Notes under the pieces: generated by a model
The model's input: only the letters and a program-made list of their open reading frames with translations
Told to the model about the DNA's origin: nothing
The model's database searches: none
Part shown: piece by piece, positions 10,788 to 20,647 of the stretch
Position numbering within the stretch: position 1 is the stretch's first letter
Layout: every line of letters begins with the position of its first letter
Position numbers and translations under genes: made by a program
Origin: Oligoflexia bacterium
GTDB lineage: Bacteria > Bdellovibrionota > UBA1018 > CAIPTA01 > JAALKR01
NCBI GenBank assembly: GCA_011087955.1
Contig: JAALKR010000001.1
Span: 38,449-102,448 of the forward strand
Reading direction: 5' to 3'
Length of the DNA stretch: 64,000 nt

Positions 10788-11696
10788 ATGGGACTACAAA
10801 AGACAATACGTAAAGTAGTCCGATTTAAAGGAATCGGTTTACATACTGGCAAACGCGTACATCTAGAATTGCGTTCCGCCAAAGCAAATTCCGGAGTGCG
10901 ATTTATCCGCACCGATATCGACGAGCAAAATATTATTGAAGCACACGTGTATAACGTAACGAGTACGACGCGTGCGACTTCACTTGGTAACGGTACGACT
11001 CGCGTGACCACAGTTGAGCACCTTATGTCGGCTCTCTATGCCTTGGGCGTAGATAATGTGGATTGCTATATTTCTGCAGAAGAGCTTCCTGTTTTAGATG
11101 GCTCTAGCGCCATATTCGCTGAAGAAATTTTAAAAGCAGGTGTGAAAGAACTGAATAGTCCAAAGCGCTTTATTATCGTGGAAAAACCTGTCGAGATTCG
11201 CGATGGAGATAAGCTAGCGCGCATTTCGCCTGCTAAGGAATTTACACTGCACTATACAATTAATTTCGACCACCCTGCGATTGGCAAGCAGAAATTCAAG
11301 TTCACGAAAAGCACAGACTTCTTTGAGGAAATCTCCCGTTCGCGAACCTTTGGCTTTCTAAGTGATGTGGAACGCATGCAAGCCATGGGCTTAGCGCTCG
11401 GAGGCTCTTTAGAAAACACAGTTGTCTTAGACGGAGATTCTGTGATGAATCCTGATGGCCTTCGCTATGAGGATGAGTTCGTTCGTCATAAAGTCTTGGA
11501 TGCTCTGGGCGATTTCGCCCTTTGCGGGCATCCATTAGTTGGTAGGGTGGAATTACACAAGGCTGGACATGATTTACAGACTCGCCTTATCCGAGAATTA
11601 CTTAAGCGTAACAACGCTTACCGCGTGTGTTCTTGGGACACCTCTACGGAGGAGCTTGACCCTGAGTTGGCCCTTGACGAATCAGCACTCGCTTAA
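10788..11696 (+). CDS. lpxC: UDP-3-O-acyl-GlcNAc deacetylase
   Basis: GIGLHTG, TVEHLMSAL, DGSS, RTFGF, HKVLDALGD, KAGH; ATG 10788 after TAGGA. Confidence 0.95.
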   Translation: MGLQKTIRKVVRFKGIGLHTGKRVHLELRSAKANSGVRFIRTDIDEQNIIEAHVYNVTSTTRATSLGNGTTRVTTVEHLMSALYALGVDNVDCYISAEELPVLDGSSAIFAEEILKAGVKELNSPKRFIIVEKPVEIRDGDKLARISPAKEFTLHYTINFDHPAIGKQKFKFTKSTDFFEEISRSRTFGFLSDVERMQAMGLALGGSLENTVVLDGDSVMNPDGLRYEDEFVRHKVLDALGDFALCGHPLVGRVELHKAGHDLQTRLIRELLKRNNAYRVCSWDTSTEELDPELALDESALA

Positions 11697-12641
11697 GTCA
11701 TTCAGCATCAGCTTAAGTCTTTGGCGAGCTACCAAAATATCCTTTGCTATCTGGGACTTAAGCTCATCCGACGAAGCAAACCTCTCCTCACCTCGAATAA
11801 ACTCTAGAAAATACAGCCGCACTTCTCGACCGTAGAAATCTCCCTCACTATAATCATAAAGGTGGGTTTCAATCGTTAGTTGTGGAGCCGTTTGCCTCGT
11901 AAATGTTGGACGTAAACCAATATTCGTCACGGAATCATACGACTCACCCCCGATCTCTAATTGAGTCACATAAACTCCAATGCGAGGAACGATTCGCGGA
12001 TCAATTTGAATATTTGCAGTCGGAATACCGAGCTTTTTGCCACGACCTTCTCCTTGGGAAACAATGCCGCCAAGGAAAAATTGTCTCCCTAAACAAGCAT
12101 TCGCCTCCGTAATATCCCCTTGCGAGAGCGCATGACGAATTCGTGAAGAAGAGACAGCAAGCGCGTCTAGCTCTAGAGGCGTGACTTCCTCAATAATCAC
12201 CCCTTGAGGCTTAAGGATCTTTCGTACAAGGTCCGCATTCCCCATGCGCCCTTTACCAAACGCAAAGTCGTAGCCGAGCAAAACAATGCTTGCTCGCAGT
12301 CGTTTTTGCAAAATTTCCACGACAAAATCATCGGCGGACAAATTGGAAAACTCGCGGGAAAAGGGCTGCTCAATAATCATATCGATATCAAGACTGGCGA
12401 GAATCTCTAACTTTTCCTCATAGGTATTGATTAGCTCAAGTGCTTTTTCCGGACGCAGAGCCATTTGCGGATGTGGCTTAAATGTGAGGGCAACGGTCTC
12501 GCCCCTAAGTTTTGCTTTATGCGCTTTTAAGGTATCAAAGATTGAGCGATGCCCTAAATGCACACCATCGAAATTACCAATCGTAACGACGGCATTTCGA
12601 GGAGCCTTTTCTAAGTCCTCAATATTACGCAAAATCTGCAT
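11682..12641 (-). CDS. ribF: Bifunctional riboflavin kinase/FAD synthetase
   Basis: GNFDGVHLGH, SSSRIR, GIPTAN, NIGLRPTF, IETH. Confidence 0.95.
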   Translation of the reverse strand: MQILRNIEDLEKAPRNAVVTIGNFDGVHLGHRSIFDTLKAHKAKLRGETVALTFKPHPQMALRPEKALELINTYEEKLEILASLDIDMIIEQPFSREFSNLSADDFVVEILQKRLRASIVLLGYDFAFGKGRMGNADLVRKILKPQGVIIEEVTPLELDALAVSSSRIRHALSQGDITEANACLGRQFFLGGIVSQGEGRGKKLGIPTANIQIDPRIVPRIGVYVTQLEIGGESYDSVTNIGLRPTFTRQTAPQLTIETHLYDYSEGDFYGREVRLYFLEFIRGEERFASSDELKSQIAKDILVARQRLKLMLNDLSEC

Positions 12642-12700
12642 ATAGCTTGACCCTTATCATCCTTGCCTAAAGAAGTCTCATGATGTCGACGATTTAAATT

Positions 12701-12735
12701 TGATCAAACATTCAACACTGTCTAAAAGTTCGACA
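12701..12735. promoter_or_regulatory. Tandem TG...ACA palindromic sites, putative enhancer (UAS) for a sigma-54 activator
   Basis: TGATCAAACATTCAACA (12701-12717) and TGTCTAAAAGTTCGACA (12719-12735), about 70-105 bp upstream of the -24 element. Confidence 0.55.
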
Positions 12736-12804
12736 AAAAACGAGTGTTCATCGATAACGATCCGTAATGCAATATGTGATTTCAAATACTTAAAAGGGTA
12801 CTTC

Positions 12805-12820
12805 TGGTATAAAACTAGCA
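12805..12820 (+). promoter_or_regulatory. Putative sigma-54 promoter
   Basis: TGGTATAAAACTAGCA, GG-N10-GC, directly upstream of ORF 12834. Confidence 0.5.
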
Positions 12821-12833
12821 TTATACTTAAGTT

Positions 12834-14375
12834 ATGATGCTAGTTATTAGGAAAGCAACAACTGTTAGGAAGATAATCTCTGGGAAGCAAGCGATCGCCA
12901 AGCTCCATTGCGTGCGCCTCGTTTTAGGTTCGTTCCTTATTGCGATTTTATTCAGTACGGCCGCCCACTCGTTACCAAAATTCGGTCCAAAGATCGACGC
13001 GGTGGAAATTGATAGTGATGTGAAGATCAAGGTCAGCGAAAAAGAAGAAATCGACCCTAAGCAATACCTTATTAATTGTGGCCAGCGCTGCGCCTTCCAA
13101 ACAGCTTCAGAGGTAATGGCCGCGACTCAGGTATATTTCCGCCACTATAAAGAGAGCACGAAAAAATCAATGTCCAAGAGCCGCCAAGACAAAGTACGCA
13201 AATGTATGGCTGGCGACAAGCAAGCCTGTGATAGCAATGATGTCCTCGATTCGATGATGCATTATATGGTGGGCCTCGAGATTCGTGATGGATTTCTGCG
13301 TACGGCATCTGCTCTAAATAATATGAATTCTAAAATCGGCGATTACGAGTGGCAATCTGCCTCGGAAGGCTCTGACGACCCTAATTCCACCGGTGAAACT
13401 CGTTATGAAAAATGGTTCTCTGGCAAAGGTACTTGGGAAGTGATGGATAAAGACAAGCTCCCTATTTTTCCTACCGAAGATCGTGATAATTTCCGTTTTA
13501 ATTTGGCCGATTTTGAAGACATAGAAAGTGAAAAAGACAAGTTAGAAGAATTAGATCCAGACTTCGTAAAGGACTACCAGGCTTTCTTTAATAATTTCCG
13601 CCGACCGGAAGATCGTTTTTTTGCGCGAGCACGCAAAGCCGACACGAATATCCGCACTCTTGCCACAGAGGACGGCGATACAGAGAGCAATGATGCAAAT
13701 GCAAGCTCTAGATTTGTAGCTGATTTTGTCGGAGGAAAAAATGAAGCTGGCGAAACGATATTGGTTCCCGCTGACTTTGAGAAAGATCTGGCTGCGGAAG
13801 TAGCCTCCGGGTTTGAGCGAGTTCGTGGACAAGCCCAAGCTTTTTTAAAGACTGCTCGAAAAGCTCGCAACCCACAAGGCATTCTGCAGGTAGGGAATGG
13901 TAAACGCCCTGCAATTTTTCGCAATGATTTAGATAAGACAGCGATTGACCAGAACCGCGACTTCATCAAGCAAATTGAATTTGAAGCAGCTAAAACTGGT
14001 ACCGACCTAAATACACCCATCAAAGATATTCCAGGTAAAGCTGGTGAAACCATTCGTGAAAGCCTTGCTTTGAACCCTTCGATCAAACCGGAGACAATTG
14101 CTAACGGAACCCTTACAAATGTAATTTCCGAGTTGCAGGCTTCTATTACGCAAGGAACGACTGCTCCCGCTGGCGCACAAGCTATCCAGCAGGCTGCCTA
14201 CGATAATGTGAAACGAATCAATGACCATGTAACGCAATTCATTCAAGGCACGGAAAAGCTAAATAAGGGTCGCACGGAAGATACGCGCACAGTGCGTGCT
14301 TACGCAATCGACATTCCAGCCTTCGATAAATTCCTCGATCAGATTTGGCCAACGGAGGCACGCGGAACACTGTAA
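12834..14375 (+). CDS. Hypothetical secreted protein
   Basis: 513-aa ORF, signal-peptide-like segment ending AAHS, Cys pairs in the N-region, no recognisable family; start uncertain. Confidence 0.75.
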   Translation: MMLVIRKATTVRKIISGKQAIAKLHCVRLVLGSFLIAILFSTAAHSLPKFGPKIDAVEIDSDVKIKVSEKEEIDPKQYLINCGQRCAFQTASEVMAATQVYFRHYKESTKKSMSKSRQDKVRKCMAGDKQACDSNDVLDSMMHYMVGLEIRDGFLRTASALNNMNSKIGDYEWQSASEGSDDPNSTGETRYEKWFSGKGTWEVMDKDKLPIFPTEDRDNFRFNLADFEDIESEKDKLEELDPDFVKDYQAFFNNFRRPEDRFFARARKADTNIRTLATEDGDTESNDANASSRFVADFVGGKNEAGETILVPADFEKDLAAEVASGFERVRGQAQAFLKTARKARNPQGILQVGNGKRPAIFRNDLDKTAIDQNRDFIKQIEFEAAKTGTDLNTPIKDIPGKAGETIRESLALNPSIKPETIANGTLTNVISELQASITQGTTAPAGAQAIQQAAYDNVKRINDHVTQFIQGTEKLNKGRTEDTRTVRAYAIDIPAFDKFLDQIWPTEARGTL

Positions 14376-14377
14376 GT

Positions 14378-15787
14378 TCAGATTTGCTGTACCCAAATAA
14401 TTACGCGGGCGCGTTCCCAAGCCTTACGCTTACGACGCTGGTTCAGATAGGTACGCGTCGGACCCAACTCACGTAATTGCTCCGCAAGCTTTACATAATT
14501 GCCCTCGGTCGTAATGCCATCAAAGTACACGCCACCGGGCATATGCGCTCCAGAGCGGTCCCGTTCCTTCACTTCATTCTTCGAAAGCAGGGATTGAATC
14601 TTCGACACGATCTGACTTGGACTCTCACTCTGTACGATTAGCCGGTAGATAGATGCTTCCTTACGCGAAGGCGCCGGTGGTGCAGATCCACGCCGGTAGT
14701 GGTGACCACTTGGAAATTCCATCTCAGAAAATTCGTCTGCCTCTTCAAACTTCGCGCGAATTGAATTCGCGTCGATCAATGCCAATTTACGCTCAACTGA
14801 TGAATCCGGCACAGCTTTCTTTGCCAAATTACCAATTGGCAACACGGCCTGCGCTTTCACAAGCTTTGCCTCTGAACCTTCGTAATAGGCTAGAATCGAA
14901 GGCAAAAAGAACACCGTCAACGCGCCTACAATACAAAAAGCGAATGACTCTAAGATCAATTTTGCATGCCATGGGATTGGGGTTGGAGAGCGAAACAAGG
15001 CTGAATCTCTCCATGAGCTCGGCTTTGTGCCCCAACCCTCTTCTACCTTCGGACACGCATGTGTCGGCATAGACCGCAAGTGCTGGTGAATGTGCTCCAG
15101 CCCTATCCGATACTCTACCATCTCTTCACAATAACTGTCGAATTCCACATACTCATTATCTAGTGCTCGCTGCACAAGAATCCGCTTCTGAAGTGAATCC
15201 TGCTTCCCCTCTTCTCCAAAGGAGAATGGGTTCCCCGTGGCCCAGCCGAGGTGAACGCGGCCAAAGCGCTCACGCCCTGCCATCAATCGCTTCTCTACTG
15301 CACCAGATGAAATCTGCATAATGCGAGAAATCTCTTCTTTCGAGAAATTACAGCGCTCACGCAGAATTAAGACTAATCTGTGGTCTACCGGAAGGAACTT
15401 CATCGGCGAATCGCGGCGAACGTGATTGCGGCGCCATTCATCGAACTGCTCGTTCAGCACCTCTTGTGCCAGCTGAAATAACCAGATCTTGGCAAAGCGA
15501 CTATAGTTCTCCTTCTCAAAGCGACATGCACCCCTTCGATAGAGAGCCTTAAACTTCTCTTGAGCAATTGCATCGTCACCGAGAATTAAGAATAAGAAAT
15601 CGAAGAGCGCTACGCGATGATCATTGAACAAGGCACGGAAAGTTTTTGGCGCCCCACCTTGTTCCTTCACCATCTGGTTACTGCGTTTTGGCATATTCGG
15701 CCTACCACCAACTAAGGTAAGACCACGCTTCGATCCCTCTTTAGTTAGCCCGTCGGCCGCCGCAGTATTTTTATTTAACGCATGCAT
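14378..15787 (-). CDS. ECF sigma-like domain fused to a transmembrane helix and an extracytoplasmic domain
   Basis: Region 2-like FRALFNDHRVALFDFLFLILGD...WLFQLA and region 4-like LPVDHRLVLILR...SKEEISRIMQISSGAVEKRL; TM LILESFAFCIVGALTVFFLPSILAYY. Confidence 0.6.
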   Translation of the reverse strand: MHALNKNTAAADGLTKEGSKRGLTLVGGRPNMPKRSNQMVKEQGGAPKTFRALFNDHRVALFDFLFLILGDDAIAQEKFKALYRRGACRFEKENYSRFAKIWLFQLAQEVLNEQFDEWRRNHVRRDSPMKFLPVDHRLVLILRERCNFSKEEISRIMQISSGAVEKRLMAGRERFGRVHLGWATGNPFSFGEEGKQDSLQKRILVQRALDNEYVEFDSYCEEMVEYRIGLEHIHQHLRSMPTHACPKVEEGWGTKPSSWRDSALFRSPTPIPWHAKLILESFAFCIVGALTVFFLPSILAYYEGSEAKLVKAQAVLPIGNLAKKAVPDSSVERKLALIDANSIRAKFEEADEFSEMEFPSGHHYRRGSAPPAPSRKEASIYRLIVQSESPSQIVSKIQSLLSKNEVKERDRSGAHMPGGVYFDGITTEGNYVKLAEQLRELGPTRTYLNQRRKRKAWERARVIIWVQQI

Positions 15788-15980
15788 CGCACTGTTTCAC
15801 CCTACACGTAGTCAGAACCACACCAATTACATCACCATTGGATATATCATGCCTGCCCCCTATTCTAATTATTATCCCCCGCCTTCCCGCAGAGAGTCAA
15901 CAATTGAAAGCAATTTTTCAGGACGCTTTACACCGTAAAACTCATATGATAACAGCAGTTTAAAACCTATTTCCATAGTC

Positions 15981-16565
15981 ATGAAAAAATTTTTCATAAT
16001 CATATTGAGAACTTTGCCGCTACTCCTAGGGGCCGTAGGACTTTATTATTTTGCGGAAAATCAGTGGTCCCCGGATAACCGCCCCAGTCCTGTCTCCGCG
16101 GTGAGTGCCACCAAAGGAATAGGGCAGCCGGCCTTGGATTTTACACTTTCCGTATACGGCAGACCAGGTGAGAAGTTCACACTATCGAGTCTGAGAGGTC
16201 AGGCCATGATTCTAAATTTTTGGGCGACTTGGTGCCTGCCGTGTATTAAGGAAATGCCCGAACTCCTGAAAGTGGCCAAACGCTATAAATCCCAGGGACT
16301 GAAAATCGTAGCTGTCTCAATCGATAAGAACGAAAAATTGATCGAACGCTTCTTTAAACGGTATCCAAAATTAAATGCGATCAAAGACGAATTTACCCTC
16401 GTAATTGACCCCAAATCAGAGACAGCATTGCAGTATGGAACTGCCCGCTACCCAGAAACGTACCTGATAGACCGGAAGTTTATGATCCAAAATAAATTCT
16501 CCGGCGAGCAACCTTGGGCCGCTGCCGGGTATATGAGGTATTATCAGAAAATTTTACAAAAGTAG
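15981..16565 (+). CDS. TlpA/ResA-family thiol-disulfide oxidoreductase
   Basis: N-terminal anchor, LNFWATWCLPCIKEMP, YPETYLID. Confidence 0.9.
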   Translation: MKKFFIIILRTLPLLLGAVGLYYFAENQWSPDNRPSPVSAVSATKGIGQPALDFTLSVYGRPGEKFTLSSLRGQAMILNFWATWCLPCIKEMPELLKVAKRYKSQGLKIVAVSIDKNEKLIERFFKRYPKLNAIKDEFTLVIDPKSETALQYGTARYPETYLIDRKFMIQNKFSGEQPWAAAGYMRYYQKILQK

Positions 16566-16623
16566 TTTGCCCCTCCTACCGATGATTTCATTGGGGAATA
16601 AGCCAGATTGAGGGGATAAAATC

Positions 16624-17322
16624 GTGAAGTCCTTAATTACTACAATTTCATTAGTGATCGCCACAGCTATCACCATAGCGCCTAGCGCGGAGGCGAAAAC
16701 GCGAAAAAATAACATGGTCATCTTAGCGGAAATCGAAAAAAATATCGAAGTCACGAAAAGAAGTATGGAGCTAGCACAAGAGCGTACTAGTAGGTTGGAA
16801 AAATCGGTCGACGATGCCCGTTCGAACGTCATTACGATTCAAAAAGAAATTCATAAAAAAATGAGTGTGCAAAAACGCAGTAATCAATTGATCAGCGAAT
16901 ATAAGGGTCGCCTAAAAGAAGCGGGCACTGCCAGAGATGAATTTCTGAAAGCATTGGAAAAAGACCGCAAAGAATTATTGCTTATTCGAAAGGATATCGT
17001 AACTGCTAAGAAAAAGCTGGGTGCTTTGCAAGCTGCAAAGGCCGCGCTAAAAGAAAGTATAGAGATTTCAGAAGAGAGTTTAGAGAAGATCTCTGGTCGA
17101 TCCAGGCAATGGTCTGACAACCGAAGCGGAGCAGCAGGCGACCTAAAGGACGTATCACAGGAGTTGATTATTTTGCGAAAGCAGAAGAAAGAGCAAGCAG
17201 CAAAGTTGAAACAGAACCAAGCTTCTCTTAAGAAGTGGCGCAAATCCTATGTTGGTTTATCGGATTCGCTACAAAAGCTCACACTTCGCTTAAAGACGGT
17301 TCAACGTGGGAAAAAGAAATAA
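16624..17322 (+). CDS. Secreted coiled-coil hypothetical protein
   Basis: Signal peptide (APSAEA), long K/E/L/S-rich heptad pattern. Confidence 0.65.
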   Translation: MKSLITTISLVIATAITIAPSAEAKTRKNNMVILAEIEKNIEVTKRSMELAQERTSRLEKSVDDARSNVITIQKEIHKKMSVQKRSNQLISEYKGRLKEAGTARDEFLKALEKDRKELLLIRKDIVTAKKKLGALQAAKAALKESIEISEESLEKISGRSRQWSDNRSGAAGDLKDVSQELIILRKQKKEQAAKLKQNQASLKKWRKSYVGLSDSLQKLTLRLKTVQRGKKK

Positions 17323-18316
17323 CGAATTTGCTTGCATTGTTGATCCAGCTGCAGACCATGGCAACGCACAGCATCGCTGGCCTTTCTTTAAAGAGAAGCT
17401 CTTTCGTCTAATCAGTGATTCTCCTGTTTACTTTTGCAGTCCTGAAAAATTCGTCGAAGAGTTCATCGAAACGATTATACAAGAGTCCTATAAATCAATT
17501 TTAGTCGCTGGAGATGATCGGACCATAAATCGTATCGCCAATAAACTCATGCAATATGACAAAGCTGAACGACCTCGTTTAGGTTTGCTTTGTGCGAGCG
17601 GAACCAGACAAAGTATATTTAACTCCAACTGCCCGGAAGCTCGCTTTATGAGCAACCAGGAACGCCTAGAAGCCTGTGTCAACCTGATTATGCGTAGAAC
17701 CTTTCGAGAGATTGATCTAGGCAAAGTGGAGTTTGTTGGGTCAAAATGTAATTCACAAACAAACGCCTCAGCTCCAAAAAACGCTTCGGCTCCACAGAAT
17801 GCTCCGACTCCACAGTATTTTGTGAACCTTGCCACCTTTGGCATTTCTAGCTTCATATATGACAGACTGGGAGGGAATGCGGCAGCTCTGCATAGTGGCC
17901 TGGCCTATGTGGCTGCAGCTGCAAAATCTCTACTCTCTTACGATCCCCCGCAGATAACTTTACGAGTAGGCACACGACTAATGGCTAAAAACGAAGAAAT
18001 CTTTAATCTCTTTATTGCCAACGGGCAGTTTGGTCCCGGAGGAATGATCTTGAATGAAAAAGGCTCGCTCTCAGATGGGAAATTCCACGCTCTCATGATC
18101 CCTGAACTTACTGTAAATGAAGTGTTCACCGAACTCCCTAAACTTTGGATGCGCGAAAAAGACTTGAGCCCATCCATTTCACTCACGGGTAAGACCTTCC
18201 GCCTGCAATGCAGCTCTCCAGATGCATTAAGCCGTATTAACTTAGACGGCATCCCTGCCCTGCCTCCGCCGGCCATCATCCAGGTAAAGCGATCTGCAAT
18301 TAGCCTCTACGGCTGA
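17306..18316 (+). CDS. Diacylglycerol-kinase (YegS/DAGK) family protein with degenerate ATP-binding motif
   Basis: IVDPAA, IDLGKV, YFVNLATFG, IANGQFGPGG, SDGKF, NLDG; GGDGT appears as AGDDRT. Confidence 0.7.
   Translation: MGKRNNEFACIVDPAADHGNAQHRWPFFKEKLFRLISDSPVYFCSPEKFVEEFIETIIQESYKSILVAGDDRTINRIANKLMQYDKAERPRLGLLCASGTRQSIFNSNCPEARFMSNQERLEACVNLIMRRTFREIDLGKVEFVGSKCNSQTNASAPKNASAPQNAPTPQYFVNLATFGISSFIYDRLGGNAAALHSGLAYVAAAAKSLLSYDPPQITLRVGTRLMAKNEEIFNLFIANGQFGPGGMILNEKGSLSDGKFHALMIPELTVNEVFTELPKLWMREKDLSPSISLTGKTFRLQCSSPDALSRINLDGIPALPPPAIIQVKRSAISLYG
17762..17815 (+). repeat. Three imperfect 18-bp in-frame repeats (NASAPK NASAPQ NAPTPQ)
   Basis: aacgcctcagctccaaaa / aacgcttcggctccacag / aatgctccgactccacag. 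Confidence 0.7.
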
Positions 18317-18380
18317 GCCCCTACACATGTCCATACAAATCAAGTTGACTAAGAAATATCCGTCAAGTTTCTCGCCAATT

Positions 18381-18397
18381 TGTCGAAACATTAGACA
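18381..18397. promoter_or_regulatory. Palindromic site upstream of the sigma-54 activator gene (possible autoregulatory site)
   Basis: TGTCGAAACATTAGACA; its reverse complement matches 12719-12735 at 14/17 positions. Confidence 0.55.
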
Positions 18398-18417
18398 AGG
18401 AAGGTAAGGACGTATTC

Positions 18418-20013
18418 ATGATCAACTGGGATGAAATTAAGCATATTCATGTCATTCGCAAGCTAGAAGAAATTCTAAGCTCTTGGTTCAACACTGGAAT
18501 TCTGATGACGGATGCACAAGGTGAGATTCGAAATCACGGTAAAGATGAGGAGCCACACAGCAAGAATCTTCTTTGCCAGCTGATTCTACAATCAGAAGGA
18601 GGTCATGAGTTCTTAGACAACTTCGCTGCTCAAGCAGGAACCGAACTTAGGAGTTCAGACGACTCTGTCCTTGTAGTGGACGGGCCGCTACCGCATACTC
18701 AAGCCATCATTGCTCGTATGAAAATCGATAGGGAATTCAGTGGCGCCGTAATCGCCTGGCCACACCTTTCTTCTGAACTAACTTCCAAAGATCGTAAGGA
18801 CCTACAAGCTGCTGCCATGAAACTGGGGCTGGATCCTGATGATACCAAAAACGCGATCGATCGCCTCCACACAGTGGAAGATCACTCCGTAGTTTACTTA
18901 AGAGAACTAGTAGAGCTAGTTGGACAAGAGATCGAAACATTTCACAACGAAATTTCTATGCGGGATGATAAAATTAATGAGCTCAACAAAGAGCTTGGTG
19001 TGCGTTACCGCTACGACGCCATGATTGGTAAATCTAAGCCAATGCAAAATCTCTATCTACTATTAGATAAAATTCGCAACTCTGACTCTACAGTGATGAT
19101 TAATGGCGAGAATGGTACTGGAAAAGAACTAATCGCCAAAGCAATTCATTTCAATTCAATCCGTAAAGAATATGCTCTAATGAGTATCAACTGCTCTGCC
19201 TTCAACGAGAACCTTCTCGACTCAGAACTATTCGGTCACGTTCGTGGCGCATTTACGGGTGCAGTAAAGGATAAAAAAGGTCTTTTCGAAGCTGCAGACA
19301 AGGGCACGATCTTCCTTGATGAAATCGGTGATATGAGCTCATCAATGCAAGTAAAGCTTCTTCGCGTATTACAAGAAGGTACGATTCTTCCAGTTGGTTC
19401 AACTGGACCAAAGAAGGTAGACGTACGAGTAGTTACAGCTACCAATAAGGACCTCCGCTCAATGGTAGAAGAAAAAGCCTTCCGAGAGGATTTATACTAC
19501 CGGATTAACGTAATCAACGTGACTGTTCCGCCTCTACGAGACCGTAAGGAAGATATCCCACTATTGGTGGAGCACTTCCTAGAGCGTGGCTGTAAAGAGA
19601 AAGGTATTTCTCAGAAGGGACTAGCGAAGCGTGCTTTAGAAAAAGTGTTTGATTATACATGGCCAGGTAATATTCGAGAACTTGAAAACGAGATGGAACG
19701 CCTAATTGTTCTGTCTGATACAGAATCTCGGATTTCTTTAGATCTTCTTTCTCCTCGAATTAAGGAATACGGTGAGCATACGAAAGTTCAAGGCGTACGC
19801 GTAGCTGGTCGACTAAAGGATGCTCTCGAAGAGTTAGAGAAGACAATGATCAAAGAAGGTTTAAAGCGCACGAACTGGAATAAATCTCGACTAGCAAAAG
19901 AGCTTGGTATCTCTCGAGCAGGATTGATTATGAAGGTAGAGAAGTATAGTCTAGACAAGCGTAAACAAGCGGCTGCCGAAGCTGCAGCTCGTGGAAAGGA
20001 AAGGGCATCCTAA
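18418..20013 (+). CDS. Sigma-54-dependent enhancer-binding protein with N-terminal PocR-like sensor domain
   Basis: GENGTGKE, SELFGHVRGAFTGA, FLDEIG, FREDLYYR, WPGNIRELEN, C-terminal HTH; N-domain is not a receiver. Confidence 0.9.
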   Translation: MINWDEIKHIHVIRKLEEILSSWFNTGILMTDAQGEIRNHGKDEEPHSKNLLCQLILQSEGGHEFLDNFAAQAGTELRSSDDSVLVVDGPLPHTQAIIARMKIDREFSGAVIAWPHLSSELTSKDRKDLQAAAMKLGLDPDDTKNAIDRLHTVEDHSVVYLRELVELVGQEIETFHNEISMRDDKINELNKELGVRYRYDAMIGKSKPMQNLYLLLDKIRNSDSTVMINGENGTGKELIAKAIHFNSIRKEYALMSINCSAFNENLLDSELFGHVRGAFTGAVKDKKGLFEAADKGTIFLDEIGDMSSSMQVKLLRVLQEGTILPVGSTGPKKVDVRVVTATNKDLRSMVEEKAFREDLYYRINVINVTVPPLRDRKEDIPLLVEHFLERGCKEKGISQKGLAKRALEKVFDYTWPGNIRELENEMERLIVLSDTESRISLDLLSPRIKEYGEHTKVQGVRVAGRLKDALEELEKTMIKEGLKRTNWNKSRLAKELGISRAGLIMKVEKYSLDKRKQAAAEAAARGKERAS

Positions 20014-20635
20014 ATTGACAGCTCATTATAGACTAACGCTAGTGCTTGCGCTTTCGCTCATTCTCACTGCGTGTGGCGGCTTTAAAGCTCAACGCGTAGA
20101 TGAAAAGAAAGCCGATAAAGTGGCAATGTCGATAACAGACGAATGGGTCGATGGCGATACAATTCGCGTCGTAGATGAAACCTTATCGAAGATCGAACGC
20201 CACAAGCGATTTAAGCGATTCCTACGTAAGCGCGGCAATAAGGACTTGAAACTGTTCGTTGCTAGTGTAAAAAACAACACTTCAGAAGCTTATTTTCCAG
20301 CAGATGATCTAGAAGAAGCTCTACTGGAGAAAATTTCTGATAGTGAAGTCTTCACGTTGATTGATGCTAGAGCTCGTAAGTCGCTACTAAAGGAAATTAC
20401 TTACCAAAATGATGGTATGCTAGCCCCTGCGGAAGCGAAGCGAATTGGCCATCAGGCTGGTGCAGATGCGCTGCTTTTCGGTACAGTCAACATGCAACCA
20501 AAGACTCGTGACGGAAAGACGCTTAAAACATACTCCGTGAACTTTCGGCTCACGGATCTGGAGCTTGGCGTGGAACTGGTGCGTACTCGGGCTAAGATCA
20601 ATAAAATTTCTAGTCAATCTAGCTCTGGCTGGTAA
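19991..20635 (+). CDS. LpoB-like penicillin-binding protein activator lipoprotein
   Basis: Lipobox LTAC, VKNNTSE, IGHQAGAD, LTDLELG; start may be downstream. Confidence 0.7.
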   Translation: MERKGHPKLTAHYRLTLVLALSLILTACGGFKAQRVDEKKADKVAMSITDEWVDGDTIRVVDETLSKIERHKRFKRFLRKRGNKDLKLFVASVKNNTSEAYFPADDLEEALLEKISDSEVFTLIDARARKSLLKEITYQNDGMLAPAEAKRIGHQAGADALLFGTVNMQPKTRDGKTLKTYSVNFRLTDLELGVELVRTRAKINKISSQSSSGW

Positions 20636-20647
20636 CCTTGGTAATGT

